Part shown: positions 17,971-27,642 of the stretch, piece after piece
Layout of the letters: every line of letters begins with the position of its first letter
How positions within the stretch are numbered: the first letter of the stretch is position 1
Source of the DNA: Hyphomicrobiales bacterium
Lineage (GTDB): Bacteria; Pseudomonadota; Alphaproteobacteria; Rhizobiales; Rhizobiaceae
Length of the DNA stretch: 64,000 bases
Assembly: GCA_030456445.1 (NCBI GenBank)
Contig: JAKDNM010000003.1
Location: 4,981-68,980 of the forward strand
Direction: 5' to 3'
Notes under the pieces: model-generated
The model's input: only the letters and a program-made list of their open reading frames with translations
Database searches by the model: none
What the model was told of the DNA's origin: nothing
Translations under genes and position numbers: made by a program

Positions 17971-18600
17971 ATGACACTCGACAATGACGAACACCGGATG
18001 GGCATCCGCGATGAGGTCGCGGCGCTCAAGAGGGCCCGGACCATCGCGGCTGCAGTGGAGCTGTTTTACGAAAACGGCTACGAGAATACGACGCTCGATG
18101 CGGTCGCCGAAAGGCTGGGGGTGACCAAGCCGTTCATTTACGCGCATTTCCACTCGAAATCACAATTGCTCGCGGAGATATGCTCGCGTGGCATCGCCGC
18201 CTCGCTGGAGGCGATGGACAGCGTGATCCCAATGCAGGCGTCTCCGACTGAAAAGCTGCGAGTGCTGGGGCAGCGCTTCGTGACGGCCGTGCTCGAAAGC
18301 CAGATGCACATCGCCATCTTCTCCCGCGAAGAAAAGAATCTTGCGCCTGACGATTTCGTTCGAATCAACGACATGCGCCGGGATTTCGACAAGAAACTCA
18401 CAGCGCTTCTGCGCGAGGGCAGGGATAATGGCGAATTCTCGCTCAACGACGCGCATGTCGCCGCGCTCTCGATCGGCGGGATGGTGAGTTGGGCCTATGT
18501 CTGGTTCCGCCCGGCAGGCCGCTTGAAGGTGGAGCAGGTCGCCGGGGAAATGTCCCGCCTGATCCTGCATATGGTGAATGCGAAAGCGGCAAAGTCCTGA
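17971..18600 (+). CDS. TetR/AcrR family transcriptional regulator
   Basis: AAVELFYENGYENTTLDAVAERLGVTKPFIYAHF HTH; RBS GAGGA before ATG 17971. Confidence 0.95.
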   Translation: MTLDNDEHRMGIRDEVAALKRARTIAAAVELFYENGYENTTLDAVAERLGVTKPFIYAHFHSKSQLLAEICSRGIAASLEAMDSVIPMQASPTEKLRVLGQRFVTAVLESQMHIAIFSREEKNLAPDDFVRINDMRRDFDKKLTALLREGRDNGEFSLNDAHVAALSIGGMVSWAYVWFRPAGRLKVEQVAGEMSRLILHMVNAKAAKS

Positions 18601-18633
18601 AGGGATCCGCCGCGGGCTGAACAGGAAGACAAG

Positions 18634-19815
18634 ATGGCAGAGCCGTTGGCGACCGAAAGGTGCGGGCCACTCGAAGGGATAAGGGTCCTGGATCTGTCGA
18701 CCGTCGTTCTCGGCCCGATGACGGGACAATATCTTGGCGACATGGGCGCCGACGTCATCAAGGTCGAAGCCCCCGACGGCGACATCACACGTTCCATCGG
18801 GCCGCGCCGCTCCGAACGGATGGGCGCCCTGTTTCTTGCCAACAACCGCAACAAGCGAAGCATCGTACTCGACTTGAAGGTGGCCGCCGACCGGCAGGCG
18901 CTCGACCGCCTTGTCGAGAAGAGCGACGTGGTGCTGCATTCGATCCGCAGTTCCGCGGCCGAAAGGCTCGGCCTGTCTCACGAACGGCTTTCTTCCCTGA
19001 ACCCGACATTGATCTATTGCCATTTGCTGGGCTTTTCGGATCGCGGGCCCTATGCCGGAAACCCGGCCTATGACGACATCGTCCAGTCTCTATCGGGACT
19101 TGCTATGCTGCAGAAGATTGCGGCGGGCGAACCGCGTTACGTGCCCTCGATCATCGCCGACAAGATAACGGCGGTGCACGCCGCCTACGCGATCGCGCTT
19201 GGCCTTTTCCACCGTGCCAGGACGGGCCGGGGCCAGAAGGTTTCCGTGCCGATGCTGGAAACCATGGTGGCGTTTAACTCGGCGGAGCATCTGGGAGGCT
19301 GCATCTTCGAGCCAGCCGAGGGTGCGATGGGCTACGAGCCCATCCGTCACGGCATGCGTCGCCCTTTTCAGACCCGTGACGGGTTCATCTGCTTCCTGCC
19401 TTACAACGATGCGAACTGGCGTCGCTTCCTCATGATCGCTGAACGGACGGATCTGCTCGCCGATCAGCGGTTCTCGACCCAGGTCGGGCGGCAGGCGAAC
19501 CTCGCGCTGATCTGGAAGGAAGTAGCCGAAATATTGCGGCTGCGCAGCACGGCGGAATGGATGGGCCTCCTGGAAGGTTCCGACATTCCTCACGCCGTCG
19601 TGAATGATCTCGAGGATTTGCTGGACGATCCGCATCTGGAAGCAACGGGTTTCTGGGAGATGCGGACCCATCCGACGGAAGGCTTGATGCGGCTGCCCGC
19701 CAACCCGCTGCAATTTTCCGATTCGCCCGCGTCGATCCGCCGGCTTCCGCCGAGGCTCGGAGAGCATGGTGCGGAAATCCTGGAAGAGTTCGGGCTTGCG
19801 CGTCCCGCCGCGTGA
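18634..19815 (+). CDS. CaiB/BaiF family III CoA-transferase
   Basis: IRVLDLS, NRNKRS, AYDD, IADKITA catalytic Asp. Confidence 0.9.
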   Translation: MAEPLATERCGPLEGIRVLDLSTVVLGPMTGQYLGDMGADVIKVEAPDGDITRSIGPRRSERMGALFLANNRNKRSIVLDLKVAADRQALDRLVEKSDVVLHSIRSSAAERLGLSHERLSSLNPTLIYCHLLGFSDRGPYAGNPAYDDIVQSLSGLAMLQKIAAGEPRYVPSIIADKITAVHAAYAIALGLFHRARTGRGQKVSVPMLETMVAFNSAEHLGGCIFEPAEGAMGYEPIRHGMRRPFQTRDGFICFLPYNDANWRRFLMIAERTDLLADQRFSTQVGRQANLALIWKEVAEILRLRSTAEWMGLLEGSDIPHAVVNDLEDLLDDPHLEATGFWEMRTHPTEGLMRLPANPLQFSDSPASIRRLPPRLGEHGAEILEEFGLARPAA

Positions 19816-19835
19816 ATGACGCGGATGCGATTTCT

Positions 19836-19888
19836 TACTGATAAGAAGCAGTTGCTACTATAGGATAGTTGTTGTATACGCATGAGTA
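19836..19888. promoter_or_regulatory. Operator sites (TACYnATnRGTA family)
   Basis: TACTGATAAGAA 19836-19847 and TACGCATGAGTA 19877-19888, weak third copy at 19856. Confidence 0.65.
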
Positions 19889-19922
19889 TATTCTTGCGTC
19901 GACAGGAAGGGGAGGAGCTCAG

Positions 19923-20975
19923 ATGAATGCGATTTTTAGAAGCTATGCCAAGGCTGTCGCCGCCGCGGCCATGACGGGCATCGTTCTCGGTACGACGATG
20001 CCGGGCGCCTTGGCCCAGACTATCCTGAAATATTCGCCCTGGTTGCCGCCGGGCTATGTCCTGAACGGCCCGGTCTTGAAGCCCTGGATGGCCGAGATCG
20101 AGAAAGTGACCGAGGGCCGCGTCAAGGTCGAATGGCTGCCCAAGGCCGTTGGCTCCGCCGCCGCCCAGTTCGACGTCATTCGCGACGGCCTCGCTGATAT
20201 GAGCATAATCCTGCCCGGCTATACGCCGGGACGCTTTCCTCTGATGGAAATCGGCGAACTGCCACTGCTCGCCGACGATCCGGCGGTGCTCTCGCCCGTT
20301 TTCGAGCGGATCTACGAGAAGCATCTGGAGAAGCTGGAGCCGTTCAAAGGCACCCGTCTGCTCACGATATGGGCCAGCACACCGACGCAGATCGTGACCA
20401 GCAAGGGGATCGTTCAGGATGTGAGCGAACTGGCGGGCCTCAAAATGCGCGCGCCGAGCAATACGGCGGTGGAGGAGATGGAAAAGCTCGGCATAGTGCC
20501 CGTGCAGAAGCCGGTCTCGGAGATGTACGAGCTTGCCTCGTCGGGCATCGTCGACGGCACCTTCTTTCCGCTCAGCCCGATCGTCGACTGGAAGGTCGAC
20601 AAGATTCTCAAATACGTGACCAAGGTCCCGGGCGGGATGGGCCAGTCCGTCCTGGCCATTCTCGTCAATCAGGCGAAATGGGATTCCATCGACGAGAAGG
20701 ACCGACAGGCCATCATGGCCATTTCGGGCGAGAAGCTGTCGCGGCAGGTGGGCGAGGAATATGCCAAGGGCGAGATCGCGGCGCGTGAGACGCTTCTTGC
20801 CGAAGGCGTGAAGATCGAGGACGCGTCTCCTCAACTGCGCCAGCAGATCAAGGACGCGCTGGCGCCCGTAGATCAGGCCTGGATCGAAAAGGCGAAGTCG
20901 AAAGGCCTTGACGACGCGGCGGCCGTTCTCGACGACTTCCGCGCGCAGCTCGATGCCGGATCGGACGGAAAATAG
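19923..20975 (+). CDS. dctP: TRAP transporter substrate-binding protein
   Basis: Signal peptide, LKYSPWLPP, GLKMRAP; RBS GGAGG; followed by dctQ and dctM. Confidence 0.95.
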   Translation: MNAIFRSYAKAVAAAAMTGIVLGTTMPGALAQTILKYSPWLPPGYVLNGPVLKPWMAEIEKVTEGRVKVEWLPKAVGSAAAQFDVIRDGLADMSIILPGYTPGRFPLMEIGELPLLADDPAVLSPVFERIYEKHLEKLEPFKGTRLLTIWASTPTQIVTSKGIVQDVSELAGLKMRAPSNTAVEEMEKLGIVPVQKPVSEMYELASSGIVDGTFFPLSPIVDWKVDKILKYVTKVPGGMGQSVLAILVNQAKWDSIDEKDRQAIMAISGEKLSRQVGEEYAKGEIAARETLLAEGVKIEDASPQLRQQIKDALAPVDQAWIEKAKSKGLDDAAAVLDDFRAQLDAGSDGK

Positions 20976-21002
20976 GCTGCTGGCCGGCCGAAGCGGAGGA
21001 CA

Positions 21003-21506
21003 GTGAGCATGCTCGACCGTATCGAGAGCGCCATCAGCGCGATCGCAGGAATTATTCTTCTTGGCCTCGCCCTTCTCACGCTCGGCGATGTGCTTGGCCG
21101 CAACTTTCTCAATCATCCGCTTCCCGGAGCTACCGAGCTGACCGAATTGGGGTTGGTCGGTATAACTTTCCTGCTTTACCCCCAGGTCGCGCTCCGCCGG
21201 CATCATATCGTGATCGACCTTCTGGACGACTTTACGGCCGGATGGTTCAAGGTTCTCCAGAACGTGCTGGCGGGTCTTCTCGGCGGGCTCTTCTTCGCCG
21301 CGTTGGCATGGCGGATGACGGTGCAAGGGCAACGGATTGCCTCTTACGGCGATGTCACGCCCTATCTGCAGTTGCCGCTTTCGCCCGCCTATTATTTCAT
21401 GGCTTTCCTGTCGGCCCTCACCGCCTTGGCCTTCTTCCTCACCATTTTCATCGCCCCGCGCGAAGAAGCGGGTGAAGGGCACGCTCCGACCATGGGTCTA
21501 GAATAA
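21003..21506 (+). CDS. dctQ: TRAP transporter small permease
   Basis: DVLGRNFLNHPLPGATELT, HIVIDLL, 4 TM segments. Confidence 0.9.
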   Translation: MSMLDRIESAISAIAGIILLGLALLTLGDVLGRNFLNHPLPGATELTELGLVGITFLLYPQVALRRHHIVIDLLDDFTAGWFKVLQNVLAGLLGGLFFAALAWRMTVQGQRIASYGDVTPYLQLPLSPAYYFMAFLSALTALAFFLTIFIAPREEAGEGHAPTMGLE

Positions 21507-21507
21507 G

Positions 21508-22797
21508 ATGCTCGTCGCTTCTGTCGGTTTTTTGTGCGCCTTTGCGCTGATCTTCCTGCGTGTGCCGGTGGCGATTGCGCTGGCGGTCGTCGGCTTCGGC
21601 GGATTCGCCATCGTCAACGGTTTCACGCCTGCATTGAGCATGATCACGCTAGTGACCAGCGGATCCACCATGTCCTACCCGCTGGCGGTCATCCCCCTGT
21701 TCATTCTCATGGGCAATTTCGTGGCAGGCGGAGGCATATCCGCACAGCTTTATCGCGCAGCACAGGCATTCATCGGCCATTGGCGCGGCGGCCTTGCGCT
21801 GGCAACCATCGTCTCCTGCGGCGGCTTTGCCGCGGTATGCGGATCGAGCGTCGCGACCGCGGTCACGATGGGTAAGGTATGCATCCCGTCCATGCGGCGG
21901 TACGGCTATTCCGAAAGCCTGAGCACAGCGACCGTGGCGGCCGGCGGTACCTTGGGCATTCTCATTCCGCCCAGCGTCATCATGGTGGTCTACGGCGTCC
22001 AGACGCAAACCCATATAGGCAAGCTTTTTGCCGCCGGCCTGCTTCCCGGGCTCATCGGCATCATCGGCTATTCGCTGGCGATCCGCTGGACGGTATTCCG
22101 GAAGCCTCAATCCGCTCCGGCCGCCGAGCGTTCGACGCGGGCGGAGAAGATGAGCGCGTTGATGAATGTCTGGCCGGTCGCCGCATTGTTCGTGCTCGTT
22201 CTTGGCGGGATCTATACAGGCTACTTCACCGCCACCGAGGCGGGCGGCATCGGCGCGATCGGCGCGCTGGCATTCGCGCTCTTCCGCGGTCTTAGCCTGA
22301 CTGCCCTGCTGGATATCCTCAAGGATTCCGTCCAGACGACCGCAGTCTTGTTCGCCCTCATCCTGGGCGCGACGATCTTTGGCGAATTCATCAATCTGAC
22401 GGGAGCCGATCGTGCCGTGCTGGCCCTTGTCAGCAATTCCAGTTTCCCGCCCTGGCTCGTGGTCCTCATCATCATGCTGATCTATGTGCTGCTCGGCTGC
22501 GTGCTGGACAGCCTGGCGATGATATTGCTGACGCTGCCGATGTTCTTTCCGATCATTATCGGTCTCGGGTACGATCCGGTCTGGTTCGGTATCTTCGTCG
22601 TCATGCTGGTCGAACTCGGCCTGATCACGCCGCCGATCGGAATGAACCTGTTCGTCCTGAGTTCCGTCGCGCCGGACATCAGGCTGAAGACGATTATCAG
22701 CGGCATCCTTCCTTTCATCGTGTCGGACATTTGCCGCATCCTCCTGGTGGCCTTTTTCCCTATTATCGCGCTCGTGCTCCCAAACCTCTTTTTCTAG
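21508..22797 (+). CDS. dctM: TRAP transporter large permease
   Basis: IPLFILMG, GGTLGILIPPS, ITPPIGMNLFV. Confidence 0.95.
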   Translation: MLVASVGFLCAFALIFLRVPVAIALAVVGFGGFAIVNGFTPALSMITLVTSGSTMSYPLAVIPLFILMGNFVAGGGISAQLYRAAQAFIGHWRGGLALATIVSCGGFAAVCGSSVATAVTMGKVCIPSMRRYGYSESLSTATVAAGGTLGILIPPSVIMVVYGVQTQTHIGKLFAAGLLPGLIGIIGYSLAIRWTVFRKPQSAPAAERSTRAEKMSALMNVWPVAALFVLVLGGIYTGYFTATEAGGIGAIGALAFALFRGLSLTALLDILKDSVQTTAVLFALILGATIFGEFINLTGADRAVLALVSNSSFPPWLVVLIIMLIYVLLGCVLDSLAMILLTLPMFFPIIIGLGYDPVWFGIFVVMLVELGLITPPIGMNLFVLSSVAPDIRLKTIISGILPFIVSDICRILLVAFFPIIALVLPNLFF

Positions 22798-22860
22798 AGC
22801 CTGGGACTGGAAGCCTCCGCAAGTGCCAGGTGCGCTTGTAAATTCCGTGCGGCTGTGTGA

Positions 22861-22892
22861 TACTGATGAGTAATTTTAAATTCCTATCAGTT
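22861..22892. promoter_or_regulatory. Tandem operator pair (TACYnATnRGTA family)
   Basis: TACTGATGAGTA 22861-22872 and TTCCTATCAGTT 22881-22892, 20 bp apart. Confidence 0.7.
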
Positions 22893-22929
22893 ATGTAACG
22901 CAAGGTAGAACAGAGGCTGGAGGAAAGAG

Positions 22930-22962
22930 ATGAGACCAAGTGCGGAAGGTCGGAAATGGTGA
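22930..22962 (+). other. Possible 10-codon leader ORF (MRPSAEGRKW) coupled to the FMO start
   Basis: GGAGG at 22919-22923, ATG 22930, TGA 22960-22962 overlapping GTG 22959 of the FMO frame. Confidence 0.35.
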
Positions 22963-24323
22963 AGCGGTATGCCGTCATCGGCGCTGGCGCCGGCGGACTA
23001 TGCGCAGCAAAGAACCTGCTGTCCCAAGGCATCGAGCCTGCCATCTTCGAGATCGGCAGCCGCATCGGCGGTCTGTGGGTCTACAATAATGACAGCGGAC
23101 GCAGCCCCGCCTATCGCAGCCTGCACATCAATTCGGAAGCCAAGGTCAGCTCGTATATCGATTTTCCGTTTCTGCCTGACACGCCGCTTTATCCGGATAC
23201 GGCGCAGATGGAACGTTATTTCCTCGACTACGCCGAACATTTCGACCTCATCGACCGCATTCGCTTCAACAGCGAAGTCAAGTCGATTGAGCCGGTCGGC
23301 GAGCGATACCGCGTCACAACCGCAAGCGGGCAGGAGGAAGAGTTCGACGGCGTCGTCGTCGCCTCCGGACACCAAAGCATTCCGCGGCATCCGCCGCAGA
23401 TAGAGGGGTTCACGGGGGAGTATCTTCACTCCCACGGCTACAGGGAGCCGGAACCGTTTGCCGGAAAGAGGGTGCTCGTCATAGGTCCCGGCAATAGCGG
23501 CGTCGATGTCGCCGCCGACATATGCACCGTAACGGAGAAGACGTTCCTCGCGGCGCGCTCGCCTGTGTTGATCATGCCCCGATTGATGTTTGGGGTCCCA
23601 CAATCCCGCGTTCTCGTGAAGCTCGAAAAACCCTGGGTTCCCTGGAGCTTGCGGATATGGATGCGCATCATGCTCACGCGCGTCTTTCACGGACGGATGG
23701 AGCAATGGGGTTTTCGGACGCCGCACACGCGCACGCACCCCATCAGCCATCCGACGCTGATTTCCCATATCGCGTGGGAACGCATCAAGGTGAAGCCGGG
23801 GATCGAGCGCGCGGAAGGCAACGCCGTCTTCTTCACCGACGGCTCGCAGGAAACGGTTGACAGCATCATCGCCGCGACGGGCTACCTCACGGATCTGCCT
23901 TTCCTGCCGCAGGGAACCTCCCCTCTCGATGGCACGCGCCTCAGCCTCTACAACCGCGTCGTCCATCCGTCGTTGCCCAACGTTTTCTTCATCGGCTTCT
24001 TCGACGCATCGGGAGGAAGCAACATCCGCATGATGGACGATCAGGCCGAATATCTGTCGACCATTGCATCGGGCAAGATCACACTGCCGCCACATGATGA
24101 GATGCTGCGGGCCATCCAGGCGGATCATGATTTCCAGGAACGCCAGTTTCCCGACCGCCCGCGCTACGGGCTTGAGCTCGATCCTTTCCGGTACCGCAAA
24201 GCGCTCGCCCGCGATTATGCCCGCAGCGGCGTGGCCAGGCCTCGCGCGATACCTGCAACAACGCGCGCCTCTCGCCAGTCTGCACCAGAGTCAGAGGAAA
24301 AGCGCTTCGCGACACCGCAATGA
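22956..24323 (+). CDS. Class B flavin-containing monooxygenase (FMO type)
   Basis: VIGAGAGG FAD motif, FTGEYLHSHGY FMO fingerprint, VIGPGNSG NADPH motif, IIAATGY. Confidence 0.92.
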   Translation: MVKRYAVIGAGAGGLCAAKNLLSQGIEPAIFEIGSRIGGLWVYNNDSGRSPAYRSLHINSEAKVSSYIDFPFLPDTPLYPDTAQMERYFLDYAEHFDLIDRIRFNSEVKSIEPVGERYRVTTASGQEEEFDGVVVASGHQSIPRHPPQIEGFTGEYLHSHGYREPEPFAGKRVLVIGPGNSGVDVAADICTVTEKTFLAARSPVLIMPRLMFGVPQSRVLVKLEKPWVPWSLRIWMRIMLTRVFHGRMEQWGFRTPHTRTHPISHPTLISHIAWERIKVKPGIERAEGNAVFFTDGSQETVDSIIAATGYLTDLPFLPQGTSPLDGTRLSLYNRVVHPSLPNVFFIGFFDASGGSNIRMMDDQAEYLSTIASGKITLPPHDEMLRAIQADHDFQERQFPDRPRYGLELDPFRYRKALARDYARSGVARPRAIPATTRASRQSAPESEEKRFATPQ

Positions 24324-24370
24324 ACCGGCCCGGGTGATATCCGGCCCGGTCGCCTGGCTGGGAGGCAAGC

Positions 24371-25432
24371 ATGAGAGCGATCGTCATTCGTGAACCGGGC
24401 CCGCCGGAGCAGTCGCTGCTTCTGGAGACGGTTCCCGATCCTGTGCCGGGACCAGGGCAGGTGGTGATCCGTGTCGAAGCCTGCGGAGTCTGTGCACATG
24501 ACGTGGCCAAGCGAAGCGGCATTCTGCGCCGCGGAATTGAGATGCCGCTCATTCCGGGCCATGAGGTTGCCGGCACGATCGCCGGCATCGGCGAGGATGT
24601 TCGCGGCTACCAGATCGGCCAGCGCGTGGCGACGACGCAACGCAGCCACATCTGCCTCGAATGCCGTTACTGCCGCGCAGGGCGCGAACCGTTGTGCGAC
24701 GAGGCCGTGTTCATGGGCGACCGGGGGCTCAACGGCGGCTATGCCGAATATGTCGCCACGGACGCAAGCACCATCGCCGCAATACCCGACGGAGTGTCGT
24801 TCGCCCAGGCTGCCATTGCGGCCTGTGCGATCGGCACGGTCTATCACGCAGCCTTTCCGGTCGGTCGTATCCGGCCGGGCGAGACTGTTTTGGTCACCGG
24901 CGCGTCGGGCGGGCTCGGGATCCACGCGCTCCAGATGGGTCGCCTGGGCGGCGCCCGCGTGATTGCCGCCACCTCTTCGCCGGGCGCCGCGGACATGCTG
25001 CGTAGCCAGGGCGCGGACGTGGTGATTGCGACGGAACGCGGCGGGGATTTCTCCGCCGCCATCCTGGCGGAGACGTCCGGCGCTGGCGCCGACATCGTCA
25101 TCGACACGGTGGGTACGCCTGTTTTCAACGCGGTCCGGAAATCGCTGGCCAAGGCCGGGCGCTGGGTCATGGTCGGCCAGGTCACCGGAACTTTCGTGCA
25201 GTTCAATCCCGCGCAACTCTTTTTGCGCGACATTTCAATGCTGAGCGCTACGAGCACGACGCGAAGCGAACTGCAACGCTGTCTCTCGCTTATCGCGCGC
25301 GATCTGATCCGGCCCGTCGTCTCCGACATCCTTCCGCTGGAGGCCGCATGCAAGGCTCATGCGCTGATGGAGGAAGGAGCGCTAGCCGGCCGCATCGTGC
25401 TGGCTCCGCATGCATCCGGTGTGGCCGCTTAG
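24371..25432 (+). CDS. Zn-dependent alcohol dehydrogenase (MDR family)
   Basis: CGVCAHD, GHEVAG, CLECRYCRAGREPLC structural Zn, VLVTGASGGLG. Confidence 0.92.
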   Translation: MRAIVIREPGPPEQSLLLETVPDPVPGPGQVVIRVEACGVCAHDVAKRSGILRRGIEMPLIPGHEVAGTIAGIGEDVRGYQIGQRVATTQRSHICLECRYCRAGREPLCDEAVFMGDRGLNGGYAEYVATDASTIAAIPDGVSFAQAAIAACAIGTVYHAAFPVGRIRPGETVLVTGASGGLGIHALQMGRLGGARVIAATSSPGAADMLRSQGADVVIATERGGDFSAAILAETSGAGADIVIDTVGTPVFNAVRKSLAKAGRWVMVGQVTGTFVQFNPAQLFLRDISMLSATSTTRSELQRCLSLIARDLIRPVVSDILPLEAACKAHALMEEGALAGRIVLAPHASGVAA

Positions 25433-25443
25433 AGCCAATGAGA

Positions 25444-25509
25444 TCGCATATGTGAAAATTCATTCGCAAATGTGAGTATCTCAGCCAAACAATCTCTTAC
25501 TTATGAGTA
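25444..25509. promoter_or_regulatory. Composite control region: two TCGCAwATGTGA boxes plus one TACYnATnRGTA site
   Basis: TCGCATATGTGA 25444-25455, TCGCAAATGTGA 25464-25475 (20-bp period), TACTTATGAGTA 25498-25509. Confidence 0.55.
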
Positions 25510-25667
25510 GTAAAACCTTGCCAGTGGTTTGAATATGTGTAACGTAGTAGCCAACATGAGCGAGACGGCTGCGGCAGGACGAACGGCGCGACCCTTTTCG
25601 CGTCCTTCCGGAGATCGATCCGGATTTCGAAATGAGAAAGTCGCCGTCGCAAGGGAGGAGAAGCGGC

Positions 25668-26048
25668 ATGGCCGCAGATGCCTACGAACAGGGACTGGTC
25701 GTCCGAAAGGAAGTCGTCGGGCGGGAGTATGTCGAAAAGTCCATCCGTGAGGCCGACGATTTCACGCGCCCCCTTCAGGAACTCGTCACGTCCTATTGTT
25801 GGGGGTCGGTATGGACCCGGAAGGAATTGCCGCGAGCGACGCGCAGCCTCCTCAACATCGCGATGTTGGCCGCAATGAACCGTCCGCACGAGCTTCGGCT
25901 TCATCTGCGTGGCGCGTTGCGCAACGGGTGCTCCGCGGTGGAGATTCGCGAGGTGCTTCTGCAGGTGGCGGTCTATGCCGGCGTTCCCGCGTCAGTCGAC
26001 GGATTCCGGATAGCCAAGGAAGTGCTGGAGGAGGCCGGGAAAGGCTGA
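25668..26048 (+). CDS. Carboxymuconolactone decarboxylase family protein
   Basis: GLVVRKEVVG, YCWGSVW, HLRGALRNG, VYAGVPA; RBS GGAGGAG. Confidence 0.9.
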   Translation: MAADAYEQGLVVRKEVVGREYVEKSIREADDFTRPLQELVTSYCWGSVWTRKELPRATRSLLNIAMLAAMNRPHELRLHLRGALRNGCSAVEIREVLLQVAVYAGVPASVDGFRIAKEVLEEAGKG

Positions 26049-26093
26049 ATCGGGAACTAACCGGTTCCGACAGACTGTTTTGGGAGGAGCAGC

Positions 26094-27572
26094 GTGCACA
26101 AATACCCGCATTACATCGATGGCGCAGTGCGCGAACCGCAGGGCGGCGACTATTACGAATCCTTCAACCCGTTCACGGCCAGGCCCTGGGCGCTGGTCGC
26201 GAAGGGAGGAGCGGACGATGTGGAGGTGGCGGTGCAGGCCGCCCATCGCGCGTTCCGCTCGCCCGAATGGCGCAATCTGACCGCAACGGCCCGTGGCCAT
26301 CTCCTGCGTAAATTCGGCGACCTGGTGGCGGTCAACGCCGAGCATCTCGGTCACATCGAAACCACAGACAACGGCAAGCTGCTTGCCGAGATGCTCGGCC
26401 AGGTCCGCTATATTCCGCAGTGGTTCCACTATTTCGGCGGGCTCGCCGACAAGCTCGAAGGCGCCGTAATCCCGATCGACAAGCCGAACATGTTCACCTT
26501 CACCCGCCCTGAGCCCCTTGGCGTGGTGGCTGCGATCACGCCGTGGAATTCGCCGCTTCTCCTGGCGGTGTGGAAGATCGCCCCGGCACTCGCCGCCGGC
26601 AACACCATCGTCTGGAAACCCTCCGAATTCGCGTCGGTCTCCGCTCTGGAATTCGTCAAGCTGTTCGAGCAGGCGGGATTCCCGCCCGGCGTCGTCAATG
26701 TCGTGACAGGAGACGGGGCGGATGTCGGCGAGCCTCTGGTCACGCATCCGCTGGTAGCCAAGGTAGCGTTTACCGGCGGTGAGCGAGGCGGCCAGCGGGT
26801 CTACGAACTGGCGGCGCGCGGGCTGAAGCCGGTGACGCTCGAACTCGGCGGCAAGTCGCCGAACATCGTGTTCGACGATGCCAATATCGACAACGCCGTC
26901 AAAGGAGTCATCTCCGGCATCTTCGCGGCGTCGGGCCAGACCTGCATCGCCGGCAGCCGCTTGCTTGTGCAGAAGTCCATCCACGACGAATTCGTGAAGA
27001 AGGTCGTCGACTTTGCTGCCACAGCGCGCATCGGCAATCCGATCGAACTGGACACGCAGGTGGGGCCTGTGACCACGGAGCCTCAATACCGCAAGGTGCT
27101 GAGCTTCATCGAAGGCGCCAAGGAGGAAGGTGCGACCTGCAGGCTCGGGGGCGTTGCGTCGAGCCGGCCCGAATGCGGCGACGGCTGGTTTGTCGAGCCG
27201 ACCATATTTTCCGATGTGCGCCCGGACATGCAGATCGCACGTCAGGAAGTTTTCGGGCCCGTTCTCGCCGTACTTCCCTTCGAGGACGACGAAGAGGCGG
27301 TGGCCATCGCCAACGACACGCCCTACGGGCTCGCTTCCGGCGTATGGACGGAGAACATGGGCCGTGCGCTCACCATGTCGCAGAGGCTCGAGGCAGGAAC
27401 CGTGTGGGTCAATACCTATCGTGCGGTCAGCTTCATGGCGCCCTTCGGTGGATACAAGAGGTCGGGCCTGGGACGCGAGAACGGCATGGGGATGATCCAC
27501 GAATACCTGCAGACCAAGGCGGTGTGGATCGACATGGGCAACGAGGTGCCGAACCCGTTCGTCCTGAGATAG
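26094..27572 (+). CDS. NAD(P)-dependent aldehyde dehydrogenase
   Basis: ITPWNSP, KPSE, FTGG, LELGGKSP, GQTCIAG, EVFGP; GTG start after GGAGGAG. Confidence 0.95.
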   Translation: MHKYPHYIDGAVREPQGGDYYESFNPFTARPWALVAKGGADDVEVAVQAAHRAFRSPEWRNLTATARGHLLRKFGDLVAVNAEHLGHIETTDNGKLLAEMLGQVRYIPQWFHYFGGLADKLEGAVIPIDKPNMFTFTRPEPLGVVAAITPWNSPLLLAVWKIAPALAAGNTIVWKPSEFASVSALEFVKLFEQAGFPPGVVNVVTGDGADVGEPLVTHPLVAKVAFTGGERGGQRVYELAARGLKPVTLELGGKSPNIVFDDANIDNAVKGVISGIFAASGQTCIAGSRLLVQKSIHDEFVKKVVDFAATARIGNPIELDTQVGPVTTEPQYRKVLSFIEGAKEEGATCRLGGVASSRPECGDGWFVEPTIFSDVRPDMQIARQEVFGPVLAVLPFEDDEEAVAIANDTPYGLASGVWTENMGRALTMSQRLEAGTVWVNTYRAVSFMAPFGGYKRSGLGRENGMGMIHEYLQTKAVWIDMGNEVPNPFVLR

Positions 27573-27642
27573 CCGAGTGCCGCCGCGATCCGTCGCAGCT
27601 TCGAGAACGGATGCCAATCGAGCCAACCGAAAGAGAGATCGC

